Assembly: GCA_040218735.1 (NCBI GenBank)
Contig: JAVJQW010000011.1
Coordinates: 160,001-224,000 of the forward strand
DNA length: 64,000 nucleotides
Reading direction: 5' to 3'
Source: Deltaproteobacteria bacterium
GTDB taxonomy: Bacteria; Myxococcota; Kuafuiibacteriia; Kuafuiibacteriales; Kuafuiibacteriaceae
Below are positions 31,009 to 40,455 of this stretch, piece by piece. Within the stretch, counting starts at the first letter, position 1. Every line of letters begins with the position of its first letter. The notes under the pieces are model-generated. The model did not search any database, was not told where the DNA came from, and saw only the letters and a program-made list of their open reading frames with translations. A program made the position numbers and the translations under genes.

Positions 31009-31446
31009 ATGAACAGACTCCCACTCGTCCCTATCACCGCCCTGCTGCTGGCCTCGGCCTGCGGCGGCCCCGACGACACCTTCGAAACGGCCACGCATTC
31101 GTCGGCCCTGACCCGCGAGATGGCGTCCTACCGCGTGCGCGATGGCGACATCCTCGTCAAACGAGATCCATACCAAGTCGAGGTGCTGGAGCTCGTCGTC
31201 GTTCGGGGCGCCGTTTCGACGAACGACGTGCTGACCACGCAGGTGCCGACGCTCGAGTACACGTGCGATAACGACCCGCCGCAGGCCGGCGACGAGTGTC
31301 AGTGCGACAACAACAAGCCGCCTATCTTCGGAGGTACCTCCTGGGATTGCGTGGAGCTACAACTCGACTGCAAGCCGAAGAAGTACGACAGCGGCACGCA
31401 CGAGTGTTCTGACTGGGAGGGCCCGCCCGTGTGGCCGTTTCCGTAG
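31009..31446 (+). CDS. Hypothetical lipoprotein with Cys-rich C-terminus
   Basis: Strong RBS AGGAGGAG, LASAC lipobox, six Cys in the C-terminal ~60 aa. Confidence 0.75.
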   Translation: MNRLPLVPITALLLASACGGPDDTFETATHSSALTREMASYRVRDGDILVKRDPYQVEVLELVVVRGAVSTNDVLTTQVPTLEYTCDNDPPQAGDECQCDNNKPPIFGGTSWDCVELQLDCKPKKYDSGTHECSDWEGPPVWPFP

Positions 31447-31461
31447 CGCCCTCCAGCTCCC

Positions 31462-33837
31462 TTAGGACTTCGCCTTCGCCTCGCGGATCTGCGCCGCGGA
31501 GGCGAGGAGTGTGTCGTACGCGATCGTGTCGCCGCTGGTGTAGCGGCCGAAGCTCAGCACGCCGGTCGGACACATCTGCACGCACGCCGAACAGCGTACA
31601 CACTCGGGGTCCTGCATCGGGAGCCCCTTGTTCGCAAAATTCATGATGTCGATGCCCTGGTGGCATACCGAGGTGCAGACGTTACAAGAGATGCACTTCT
31701 TCTTCTCGGGGAAGATCCGGAACTTCGTGAAGCGCGCGTAGATGTGCATCAGCGCCGCCAGCGGGCACGCGAAGCGGCACCACACCCGTCCGCTGAACCA
31801 GAAGTAGAAACCCACGCCGACGATGCCCGCGAGGAACAGATCCACCACGTGGTAGTAGTTGAGCTGCACGCCCGCGACCGACCACCCGGACAATAGGCCC
31901 TCGTAGAACGTGCGCGCGGACCGCCCGAACGAAGAGTCCGGCATCCACCAGCTGATCGCACGCGCAGCGAACAGAACGAACGCCGCAAACAACACGACCT
32001 GCCCGATCATGTTGAGGCGGTTCCACTTCGGGCCATGCGGCATCTTCGTGCGGTGGCGATCGCCGAGTGTCTCCGCGAGCGCGCCGCAGGAGCAGATCCA
32101 CCCGCAGTACGCGCCCTTCCCCCAGCGCCGGATCATCAGCGGGATGATCACGAACGTCTGCACGCCGCCGATCACCAGCCACCACGTCATCGGCTCCGAC
32201 GTGAAGAAGTTCCAGATGAACAATGGCCACGCGAGCACGAACCCGAACGCTCGCCAGTACTCGCGCCCGTGCGCGGACCACTGCGTCGCCGGGAACAGGT
32301 TGTCGGCGAACGTCTTGCCGAACCCGTCGTCGAACACCCCGTTGTGCCCGAGGTAGGGGAGGAGAATGTACGGCAGCAGGAACAGCGGAACGAGCTGCAT
32401 CGCCATCAGCGTGAGTGTCTGCGTCTTCACATACGGCGTGCGCCGCCGCTTGATGCGGTCGATGCCGAACGCCACCACCGCGACCGAGTACGCAAGCGCG
32501 TAGTAGAAGCCGGGCTCGGTCGAGGTGATCGCAAACGTGCCGAACAACGTCTTGGGGTCCTTCGCCGCCTGGGAGATCGTCGACAAGAAGCCCTTCATCC
32601 CGAACGGGAACCACCCGTGGCTCGTGAAGTAGTCGTGGATGACGCCGCTGCCCGACTTCCAGTTGTAGACGAACACGCAGAACAGCATGAACGCCGCGAA
32701 CGCCGCGATGGACTTCGGCGTCCACTCGCCGCGGATCGGGATCTTGCTGCGGCGGAAGAAGTCGAGCGGCGCCTCGCGGCCGATCATCGCGAACACCACG
32801 TCGTTGGCGATCGTCTGCGCGTTGCCGTCGGCGTCTTGGATGCGCACGTCTTCGTCGCGCACCTCGAGGAGCTTGCTCGCCATCATCAGCTGGATGCCGC
32901 CGCGGTGCGTCCCGCCCGCGAGCCCGGCGCCCATCGCGGAGTTCACACGGTCGGAGACCGGGTTCTCGATGTCGACCTGCGCTTCCGGGTCGCGCCGGAA
33001 CGTCTCGAGTTTTTCGATATTCTCCGGCTTGGGTCTGGAGAACTCAGGTTTTCGATAAGACAGCGTGACGTTCGCGCCGACCATCGCCAACGCGATCGCA
33101 CTCTCCAACGCAGAGTCACCGCCACCCACGATGAGTACGTTCTTGTCCGCGTACTCACGCGGGTCATAGAGCCGGTGATAGACCTTGTCCTTGTCCTGCC
33201 CGGGGACGCCGAGGCGTCGGTAGTTACCACTGCGCCCGATACCGATGATAACCCGCTGCGCGCGCGTGACCTTCGCCTCGCCCTTACCACCGTGCACGAC
33301 CTCGAGCACGTCGCCCTTCTTCTCGACGCGATCGATGTGCGCCGCGACGGGCTCCACGCCCGCCTCCTCCTTCTGCCTCTCGAGCTCCGCGAGGAGGTCC
33401 TCTTTGACGTCCGCCGTGAACTGCAGATCACCCGCCGGCGTCATGTCCGTCGGGTAGGTGAAGATCGGTTTGCCCTTCGGGAAGTTGACGATCGTGTTGA
33501 ACGCCTCCGCGGCCTCGTAGACCACGAAGCTCAACCCCGCCTTCTTCGCCTCGACCGCCGCCGCGATCCCCGACACGCCCGCGCCGACGATCACGAGGTC
33601 CTTCACCCCCTTGCCGCCCTTCCCTTTCGAGAAGCCCGGCTCTTCGAGGATGGCCTGCACGGCGCGCGCGCCGGTGTGCGCGGAGAACTTCAGCAGCGGG
33701 ATGCCGGTGAGATCGCCCACGATGCGCACGCCGGGCACCGCGGTCACGCCGTCCTCGCCGACCTCCGGCATCTTCTCCACGTGCCCCGCCGGCCAGCGGG
33801 TGTGGAGCCAGTGCATGTAACGCGCGAGGGGGTTCAT
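31462..33837 (-). CDS. FAD/NAD(P)-binding oxidoreductase fused to membrane 4Fe-4S (NapH/RdxA-like) domain
   Basis: VGAGVSG, VGGGDSA, several TM helices, CGWICS, CRFACP, CISCNVCTSVC, CVRCSACVQMCP. Confidence 0.88.
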   Translation of the reverse strand: MNPLARYMHWLHTRWPAGHVEKMPEVGEDGVTAVPGVRIVGDLTGIPLLKFSAHTGARAVQAILEEPGFSKGKGGKGVKDLVIVGAGVSGIAAAVEAKKAGLSFVVYEAAEAFNTIVNFPKGKPIFTYPTDMTPAGDLQFTADVKEDLLAELERQKEEAGVEPVAAHIDRVEKKGDVLEVVHGGKGEAKVTRAQRVIIGIGRSGNYRRLGVPGQDKDKVYHRLYDPREYADKNVLIVGGGDSALESAIALAMVGANVTLSYRKPEFSRPKPENIEKLETFRRDPEAQVDIENPVSDRVNSAMGAGLAGGTHRGGIQLMMASKLLEVRDEDVRIQDADGNAQTIANDVVFAMIGREAPLDFFRRSKIPIRGEWTPKSIAAFAAFMLFCVFVYNWKSGSGVIHDYFTSHGWFPFGMKGFLSTISQAAKDPKTLFGTFAITSTEPGFYYALAYSVAVVAFGIDRIKRRRTPYVKTQTLTLMAMQLVPLFLLPYILLPYLGHNGVFDDGFGKTFADNLFPATQWSAHGREYWRAFGFVLAWPLFIWNFFTSEPMTWWLVIGGVQTFVIIPLMIRRWGKGAYCGWICSCGALAETLGDRHRTKMPHGPKWNRLNMIGQVVLFAAFVLFAARAISWWMPDSSFGRSARTFYEGLLSGWSVAGVQLNYYHVVDLFLAGIVGVGFYFWFSGRVWCRFACPLAALMHIYARFTKFRIFPEKKKCISCNVCTSVCHQGIDIMNFANKGLPMQDPECVRCSACVQMCPTGVLSFGRYTSGDTIAYDTLLASAAQIREAKAKS
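31583..31640. repeat. Degenerate direct repeat, copy 2 (inside 4Fe-4S coding region)
   Basis: Matches 30893-30949; encodes FANKGLPMQDPECVRCSA on the minus strand. Confidence 0.9.
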
Positions 33838-33890
33838 GGCGTACGCGGAGAGGTACCGCGACCCGGGTACGCCGTCGAGCGCCTACCAGA

Positions 33891-34517
33891 TCAGCGGTCG
33901 CCGCCGCGCGGGGTGAGCAGCTCGTCCTCGACGGACGTGCGCACCGTCTTGTCCCGCATCGAGACCACGCGGGGCTCCGGCTCCCGCACGTCGTCCGTGA
34001 GGTCCGACGCGATGCCGGCGCGCGAGCGGTGACGGAGCAGCGAGTGCATCTGCGCCTCGCCGCTGCCCTCGCGCTCGCCCATCGCGTCGAGGAGCTTGCT
34101 GTGCGACGAGATGATCGACCGGAGGCTCGCCTCGAACTGCGCCTTCTGGCGCCGCAGCTCGTCGATGTCCTCCATGATCCGCACGAGGCGTGTGTGGGCG
34201 TTCTGGATGATCTGCTCCGCCTGCGACTCCGCCTGCGCGATGACGATCTCCGCCTCTTTGCGCGCGTTGTGTTTGATGTCCTCGGTGATCTGCGTCGCGG
34301 TGATCATCGTCTCCTTGAGCGTGCGTTCACGCTCGCGGTGCTCGTGGATCTCCGCCTCCTTGCGCTTGAGGTCTTCGCGCAGGCCGTTGTTGTCACGCAC
34401 CAGCCGCTCGACGTCGTTCGCGAGGACGTCCAGGAACGCGTCGACCTCGCGCGTGTCGAAGCCCCACAGCGTCGTCCGGAACTGCTGCTGCTGAATGTCC
34501 AGCGGGGTGAGCTTCAT
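33891..34517 (-). CDS. DivIVA domain protein
   Basis: MKLTPLDIQQQQF...GFDTREVDAFL plus coiled coil. Confidence 0.9.
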   Translation of the reverse strand: MKLTPLDIQQQQFRTTLWGFDTREVDAFLDVLANDVERLVRDNNGLREDLKRKEAEIHEHRERERTLKETMITATQITEDIKHNARKEAEIVIAQAESQAEQIIQNAHTRLVRIMEDIDELRRQKAQFEASLRSIISSHSKLLDAMGEREGSGEAQMHSLLRHRSRAGIASDLTDDVREPEPRVVSMRDKTVRTSVEDELLTPRGGDR

Positions 34518-34568
34518 GGCGGCCAATGTAGCCGCGCGCGCCGGACCCCGCAAACTTCGTGCGCGCGG

Positions 34569-35231
34569 TCAGGTCTGACGCGCGCCGAACACCGCCGTCC
34601 CCACCCGCACGAGCGTCGCCCCCTCCTCGATCGCCGCCTCGAAGTCCGAGCTCATCCCCATCGAGAGCACCGGGAGGGGCGCCTGGACGCGGCCTTCCAG
34701 GTCCGCCGCCAACGCCCGTAACGCCGCGAACGCGGCCCGGGTCACCCCCCGCGGCGGGATGCACATCAGGCCCCTCGGGACCACGTTCGGGAGCGCCAGC
34801 GCGGCCCGGATCAGGGCTTCGGCCCCCGCCGGCGCGACCCCGGACTTGGCGTCCTCGCCCTCGGTGTTCACCTGGACGAGGACCTCCAGCGGGGCCCCCT
34901 CCCGGGCGTCCGAGAGGCGGCGCAGGAGCTTTTCGCTGTCGATGGTGTGAACGACGTCCGCCACCGCCGCGCGCTTCGCCTTGTTGGACTGCACGTTGCC
35001 GATCAGGTGCCACCGCGCGTCGTCCGGCAGGAGCGAACGTTTGCGCTCGAACTCCTGCACGAAGTTCTCCCCGAAGTCGCGCTGCCCGGCCGCGTACGCC
35101 GCCCTCAAGGACGCGTCCGGCTGGCGCTTGCTGACCGCGACGAGCGTGACCTCCGCCGCGTCCCGCCCCGCGCGCGCACACGCGTCGGCGATGCGCGCGT
35201 TCACCTCGGCGAGCGACGCCGCGACCGTCAC
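34569..35231 (-). CDS. yggS: YggS family PLP homeostasis protein
   Basis: LVAVSK, FGEN, WHLIG, LSMGMS, VRVGTAVFG. Confidence 0.95.
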   Translation of the reverse strand: MTVAASLAEVNARIADACARAGRDAAEVTLVAVSKRQPDASLRAAYAAGQRDFGENFVQEFERKRSLLPDDARWHLIGNVQSNKAKRAAVADVVHTIDSEKLLRRLSDAREGAPLEVLVQVNTEGEDAKSGVAPAGAEALIRAALALPNVVPRGLMCIPPRGVTRAAFAALRALAADLEGRVQAPLPVLSMGMSSDFEAAIEEGATLVRVGTAVFGARQT

Positions 35232-35779
35232 ACCAACCCTCGCTTCGCGAGCAGCGCGAGGGTCTCCTCGAGCGGCAGCCCCACCACGTTCGTGTAGCTC
35301 CCGCGCACTTCGGCGACGAGCGCGCCGCCCTCGCCCTGGATGCCGTAGGCGCCGGCCTTGTCCATCGGCTCGCCGGTCGCGACGTAGCGATCGATCTCCG
35401 CCGACGACAGCACGCGAAACCGCACCGCGGTGGTGACCAAGAGCTCTTCGACCTGCCCGCCCACCGCGAGCACCACCGCCGTGTGGACCACGTGAGATTC
35501 GCCGGAGAGCTTCGCGAGCGTACGCTTCGCGTCGTCGATGTCCTCGGCCTTCCCGAGGATCGCGTCCCCCAGCGCAACCACGGTGTCGGCGGCGAGCACC
35601 GGCTGAGCGAGCCCGTGCGCGAGCGCCTTGTCGCGCGCGACGCGTAGCGCGTAGGCGTCCGGCGCTTCGCCCTCGCGGGGGGTCTCGTCGACGTCCGCCG
35701 GACGTACCTCGATCGCCACGCCCGCCGCGGTGAGGAGGTGGCGACGACGCGGCGATGCGGAGGCGAGGACGAGGGTCAC
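35228..35779 (-). CDS. maf: Maf family nucleotide pyrophosphatase
   Basis: LVLASASPRR, ADTVV, DKAGAYGIQ, NVVGLP. Confidence 0.95.
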   Translation of the reverse strand: MTLVLASASPRRRHLLTAAGVAIEVRPADVDETPREGEAPDAYALRVARDKALAHGLAQPVLAADTVVALGDAILGKAEDIDDAKRTLAKLSGESHVVHTAVVLAVGGQVEELLVTTAVRFRVLSSAEIDRYVATGEPMDKAGAYGIQGEGGALVAEVRGSYTNVVGLPLEETLALLAKRGLV

Positions 35780-35872
35780 GCGTCCACGAAATCGCACCTT
35801 TTGTTCGTGCGCACCAGACGAGAATCCCGCGCGGGAGAACACAGCGAGGTTTCCTGCTACGTTCCCAGTCGC

Positions 35873-36226
35873 GTGAAGCGACTCGCGGTTCAGCTCGCCC
35901 TCCTCGTGGGGGTGCTCGGCGCCTGCGGCGAGCCTGCCGTGGACGACCTCGCGTGCCCCGCCGGCTACAAACAAGACGGTGGCGTCTGCTCCGACCCGTT
36001 CGAGATCTCGAAGACCCCGGCCGACGAGGACGCGTTGGTGTACACGTGTGTCTGCGAGTCGCTCTGCAACCGGCGCACGTTCGACGAGCAGACGTTGACG
36101 ATGTGCTTCGAGCCTTCCATCGACGTCGCGGGGATCGCGTTCGACCGCTTCTGCGATCGCGGGGGCTGCCAGGGCAGCTTCAGCTGCACCTGTGAGTGCA
36201 CGAGCGAGGGCGACCGATGCGACTGA
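35873..36226 (+). CDS. Small Cys-rich lipoprotein
   Basis: VLGAC lipobox; many Cys (CVC, CTCEC). Confidence 0.7.
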   Translation: MKRLAVQLALLVGVLGACGEPAVDDLACPAGYKQDGGVCSDPFEISKTPADEDALVYTCVCESLCNRRTFDEQTLTMCFEPSIDVAGIAFDRFCDRGGCQGSFSCTCECTSEGDRCD

Positions 36227-37065
36227 GCACGCGCTTGACACGAGCGCTGATCGTCGGACTCGTCGCGGGCGCGTGGTCAGCCAGCCCGGCGAACGCGCAG
36301 GAGGAGCCGGGCGGCCCACGCATCCCCGAGCCGGGCGGCCCGCGCATCCCGGCGCCGCCTCCGTCGACCCCGGCCCCCGCACCGCCGCCGCCTTCCACGC
36401 CGACCAAGGCGCCCCCCGAGACGACGCCGCCCCAGGCCGAGTCGAAGGCGCCCACGTCGGCCGAGGCGACGGTCGAGCCCAAGACCGACTCGAAGCCCTT
36501 CCGAATCTACGCGGGCCTCGGGTCGCACTTCCCCGTCGCGCAACGCGGCGGCCTCCTCCCGGTCGACGAGATTGGCGGTGGCGTCGCGCTCGAGCTCGCC
36601 GGTGGATGGCAGGCCACGGAGTCCATCCTGTTGGGGCTGCGCTTCGACCTCCTCTTCGCGTCGGCCCAAGGCGCCGGCTGGGCGAAGATCCTCCGCGCCG
36701 ACGTCGGCGGCGGGCTCGGCCTCGACGTCGGTCCGACGCTGCAACTCACCTTTCACCCGTTCGAACACGCCACGCTTCGCGTCGGCGTCGACGGTTACCT
36801 CTCACGCGCGTCGACCAGCCAAGCCACGAGCGACGGCGTCCGCATCGGGACGCTCCGCGTCGCGCCCGGGGAAGAGATCGGCGTCGGGTACGGCGGCTGG
36901 TCGGCGGGCGGGACACTCGTCCTCGCGTACCGGGGCGTCACCGTCGACGTCCGCTACATCCGCACGCAGTGGGGCTCCGCGAGCATCGCGGGCCGCGAGC
37001 TCGACGCAAACGGGCTGTCGTCGGACCGCCTCAAGGTCGCGGCGGGATACACGCTGCATTTCTGA
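36217..37065 (+). CDS. Secreted protein: Pro-rich linker plus probable small OM beta-barrel
   Basis: Signal ANA-Q, (EPGGPRIP)x2, amphipathic strands, terminal YTLHF. Confidence 0.65.
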   Translation: MRLSTRLTRALIVGLVAGAWSASPANAQEEPGGPRIPEPGGPRIPAPPPSTPAPAPPPPSTPTKAPPETTPPQAESKAPTSAEATVEPKTDSKPFRIYAGLGSHFPVAQRGGLLPVDEIGGGVALELAGGWQATESILLGLRFDLLFASAQGAGWAKILRADVGGGLGLDVGPTLQLTFHPFEHATLRVGVDGYLSRASTSQATSDGVRIGTLRVAPGEEIGVGYGGWSAGGTLVLAYRGVTVDVRYIRTQWGSASIAGRELDANGLSSDRLKVAAGYTLHF

Positions 37066-37564
37066 AGCAGCGGGCGCGCAGCGCCGTGCACGCTTCGACT
37101 TCCCATCGCTCTTCGGGCGCGACGAGCTGGCAGTTGAAGGCGTCGGACCAGCGCGCAATCTCCTCGACCTCCGCCTCCCAACACGCGACGACCTCGCCGA
37201 CCGTCGCTTCGCACCCGCGATAACCGCCCGCGCAGCTGTCCGTCGGGCGATCGCAGGTCACCGTCGGGATCACGCCGACCTGTCGACGGCACTGATCGAT
37301 CGGTTCCTGGCAGGTGTTCGCGGACGGTCCGAGCGCCCCACCCGGCCAGAACGGTACGAGCGGCCCGCCGACGCTCCAGTGACACTGGCGCGCGCGTGTG
37401 ATCATCAGCTCCTGAAACTCGGCGTAGGCGCCACAGAGGTCGCGCTCGGCGTCGCTCTCGAGCGCGTCGATCAACGTTCCCGGCGCGAGTGCGTGCTCGA
37501 TCTTCGGCGACGAACAGCCGCTGGCCAAGCACACCCCCACGACGAAGACGATTCGGGCCAACAC
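37031..37564 (-). CDS. Hypothetical Cys-rich lipoprotein
   Basis: LASGC lipobox, CEATVGEVVAC; start uncertain; convergent overlap of 35 bp. Confidence 0.55.
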   Translation of the reverse strand: MLARIVFVVGVCLASGCSSPKIEHALAPGTLIDALESDAERDLCGAYAEFQELMITRARQCHWSVGGPLVPFWPGGALGPSANTCQEPIDQCRRQVGVIPTVTCDRPTDSCAGGYRGCEATVGEVVACWEAEVEEIARWSDAFNCQLVAPEERWEVEACTALRARCFRNAACIPPRP

Positions 37565-37633
37565 GCGCGCGAGCTTAACAACAGCTCCACGAATTTGCTC
37601 GCCCGCTCCGATGCGAAGTGCTAGCGCGATCCC

Positions 37634-38452
37634 ATGCCGCTGAAGGACAAGACGATCGCAGTCATCGGGGTCGGGAACATGGGCGGCGCGCTGCTCGGCG
37701 GGCTCATCGACAGCGGCGCGGTCGAGAAGGACCGCGTCGTCGTGCACAACCGGCGCGACGACAAGACCCAGGACATTGCGAAGCGCTTCGGCGTCCGCGG
37801 CGCCGCGACCAACGCCGAAGCCGTCGAGGGGGCGGACATCGTGCTCGTCGCGGTGAAGCCGCAGATCTTCGAGAAGGTGCTCGGCGAGATCCGCGACGCC
37901 CTCTCGCCCGACGCGCTGGTGCTCTCCGTCGCCGCCGGCATCACCACCGCGAAGATGGAGGCGGTCCTCGGCGAAAAGGCGCGCGTCGTCCGCGCGATGC
38001 CGAACACCCCGTCGCTGATCAAAGAAGGCGCAAGCGCGATCGCCCCCGGCACCAACGCAACCGCCGAGGACGTCGAGGTCGCCCGCGCGATCCTGTCCGA
38101 GGTGAGTCGCGTCGTCGTCGTCGACGAGATCCACCTCGACGCGGTCACGGGCCTCTCCGGCAGCGGCCCGGCGTACATCTTCCTGATCATCGAGGCGTTC
38201 GCAGACGCAGGCGTGAAGGTCGGCCTGTCACGCGAGATCGCGCAGGACCTCGCGGTGCAGACCATCCAGGGCGCCGCGCGCCTGCTCCAGCAGACCGGCG
38301 AGCACCCGGGCCGCCTCAAGGACATGGTGACCTCCCCGGGCGGCACCGCGATCGCAGGCCTGCACACGCTGGAGGCGGGCGGCCTGCGCACGACGATCAT
38401 CAACGCGGTGGAGGCCGCGACGAACCGGGCGCGGGAGCTCGGGCAGAGCTGA
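37634..38452 (+). CDS. proC: Pyrroline-5-carboxylate reductase
   Basis: GVGNMG, AVKPQ, RAMPNTP, SGSGPAY, VTSPGGT. Confidence 0.96.
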   Translation: MPLKDKTIAVIGVGNMGGALLGGLIDSGAVEKDRVVVHNRRDDKTQDIAKRFGVRGAATNAEAVEGADIVLVAVKPQIFEKVLGEIRDALSPDALVLSVAAGITTAKMEAVLGEKARVVRAMPNTPSLIKEGASAIAPGTNATAEDVEVARAILSEVSRVVVVDEIHLDAVTGLSGSGPAYIFLIIEAFADAGVKVGLSREIAQDLAVQTIQGAARLLQQTGEHPGRLKDMVTSPGGTAIAGLHTLEAGGLRTTIINAVEAATNRARELGQS

Positions 38453-39845
38453 TCCGCTCGGTCCTGCGAAACAACCTAAAGAAGCTCCCCGGGCCGAGCG
38501 GCTCCTCGTCGAACCCCCTCGGCGGAGCGAGCTCACCATCACGACGGCGCAACCGGACGAACACCTCGGTGGCCGAGTCCGGAGCGCCACACTTCGTACG
38601 GAGCGGGCGCCGCGCCCACCGCAGCGGCGACAACGCGCATGCGAGATCCTCTGCGACGACGTCGTCTCCGGGTCCGGCGAGCCGAGCGACCGTACGCGCC
38701 TCGTCGACGATACCCGCGGCGACGGCGAGCCGTGCGCGGCGAAAGCGCCCGTACGTCTGTGCGTTGTCGATCGCGAACCCGCCCAACACCACGGCGACCG
38801 CGACCGCCGCGTAGACCCGTTTCGTCGCGATGCGACGGAGGCCGTCTGCGGCGAGCACGGCGAGGATCAGTACGACGAACGCGAAGTACCGCGCCTCCGG
38901 ACGTACGAGCGCGAGCGGCAGCAACGTGAACGACACGAGACCAATGGGGTAGAGCGCGGCACGCCGATCGACCGCGAGCCGCGCGACCAACTCGACGATC
39001 GCGAGGACCACCACGAACGCGCCCGCGTGCGTCCACAGGACTTCGAACGTCTCCGGCAAGCGATCGAGGAGCACACGAAGGACGGACCACGGATCCGCCA
39101 CCATCGCCTCGAGGCTCGTGGCCCCGCCGAAGACCTGCGGTGCACCGAGCGGCCCCGGCCCGGACGGGACCCACCACGTCCCGCGCCCGAGGCTCCATCC
39201 GACGACGGCCCAGAGGACGGTGACCACGCTCGACCCCGCTATCATCGCTGCGCCGTGACGACGCGAGCGCGCGAGGAACACATACGCGATGACACACGGT
39301 ACGACGCTGAGGAAGTTGAACCGGACGAGGACCGCCGCTGCGAGCCCGAGCCCCGCGCCGAACGCACGGCGCTCGGATCCACACGTCACGGCTGCGACCG
39401 ACGCGGCGAGCACAGCGGTCCCGAAGAGGTCCGGAGTCACGTCCGTCACCGCAGAGAGGAACGGTCGCGTCGTCACGAAGGCCATCAACGCAACCAGCCC
39501 CCATCGAACCCCTCGCGCACGGCCGACCAGACCTCCGATCGCCGCCGCCGACGACACCGTCACCACGATGATCCCGAAGCCGAGCCACAAGCCGCCGACC
39601 GACGCGAGGAAGAGCGCCGCCGGATACCCAGGCGCTCGAAAGACTCCGCTCTCCAGGTGGAGCAACGCCCGGACGCCTTCGCCATCGGACCAGCCCCAGA
39701 CCACGGGGAAGTAGACCGCAAACGCGTCCCCACCCGGTGCCAAGGCGAATACGGCGAAGACCGCACCGACGACGAGCATCATCACGAACGCCAGCAGAGC
39801 GCCCGCGTGTGCGTCTCGCTCGGTCGCCTGCCGCGAGCTCGTCAC
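38400..39845 (-). CDS. Multi-pass membrane protein, GT-C (ArnT/PMT-like) glycosyltransferase-like
   Basis: About 11-13 TM segments, RAPGYP, TPDL, LVRFN, EARY motifs. Confidence 0.6.
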   Translation of the reverse strand: MTSSRQATERDAHAGALLAFVMMLVVGAVFAVFALAPGGDAFAVYFPVVWGWSDGEGVRALLHLESGVFRAPGYPAALFLASVGGLWLGFGIIVVTVSSAAAIGGLVGRARGVRWGLVALMAFVTTRPFLSAVTDVTPDLFGTAVLAASVAAVTCGSERRAFGAGLGLAAAVLVRFNFLSVVPCVIAYVFLARSRRHGAAMIAGSSVVTVLWAVVGWSLGRGTWWVPSGPGPLGAPQVFGGATSLEAMVADPWSVLRVLLDRLPETFEVLWTHAGAFVVVLAIVELVARLAVDRRAALYPIGLVSFTLLPLALVRPEARYFAFVVLILAVLAADGLRRIATKRVYAAVAVAVVLGGFAIDNAQTYGRFRRARLAVAAGIVDEARTVARLAGPGDDVVAEDLACALSPLRWARRPLRTKCGAPDSATEVFVRLRRRDGELAPPRGFDEEPLGPGSFFRLFRRTERISSARAPAPGSSRPPPR

Positions 39846-39895
39846 CTCCAGCCGTATCCTCGACAGGGCGACGGGCTGTCAATGCGGCCGAAGAT

Positions 39896-40384
39896 TCAGG
39901 TGAGTGGGTCCGCAGCGCGCTCGGTCGGCCGGACACGCTTGCCCTCGATTTCCAAGAACAACCCTTCGTCGTCCTCACCGAGTAGCGGCTCCAACCGGAA
40001 CGACGCCGTGCTCGTGAACTTCGCCTCGAACGTCCCGTCGCGCGCCCGGCAGTGCAGGATCCCGTCGCCGTCCATCGACAGCGTCGCCGGGTCGAGCTTC
40101 TCCCGACGCTCGTCCGACAACAGCAACCACACCGCGCCGCCCTCACCGAGCTGTACGTCGTTCACGAACAGCGGCGGGCCCTCGATCTCGACGTAGGCCC
40201 AGTTGACCTCGTTCTTCAGGCAGTAGCGCCCGTCCTCGGCGCGATCGATCCACCGATCGAACGCCTTCTTCACCTGCGGGTTCTCGACGAGCGCGCCGTC
40301 GTGGAACCAGCGCCCGAGCGCGTCGCGGCGGATGGTCGTCTCGCGCGTGAAGTGCGCGGGGACGTTCGCTTCGCCGTCGGTCAT
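39896..40384 (-). CDS. DUF1285-like protein
   Basis: IRRDALGRWFHDG, VEIEGPP, LDPATL. Confidence 0.65.
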   Translation of the reverse strand: MTDGEANVPAHFTRETTIRRDALGRWFHDGALVENPQVKKAFDRWIDRAEDGRYCLKNEVNWAYVEIEGPPLFVNDVQLGEGGAVWLLLSDERREKLDPATLSMDGDGILHCRARDGTFEAKFTSTASFRLEPLLGEDDEGLFLEIEGKRVRPTERAADPLT

Positions 40385-40455
40385 GGCCCCCTCAGCGTAC
40401 GGGTCGCTTCCTTGACAGTCCAATCGAACGGGTGCCCAGATCGCGCGGAGAAGGC

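Noticed and set aside
30893-31640. Repeat pair as a diversity-generating retroelement TR/VR
   Set aside because: Mismatches are not adenine-specific, there is an indel, and no reverse transcriptase is in the window.
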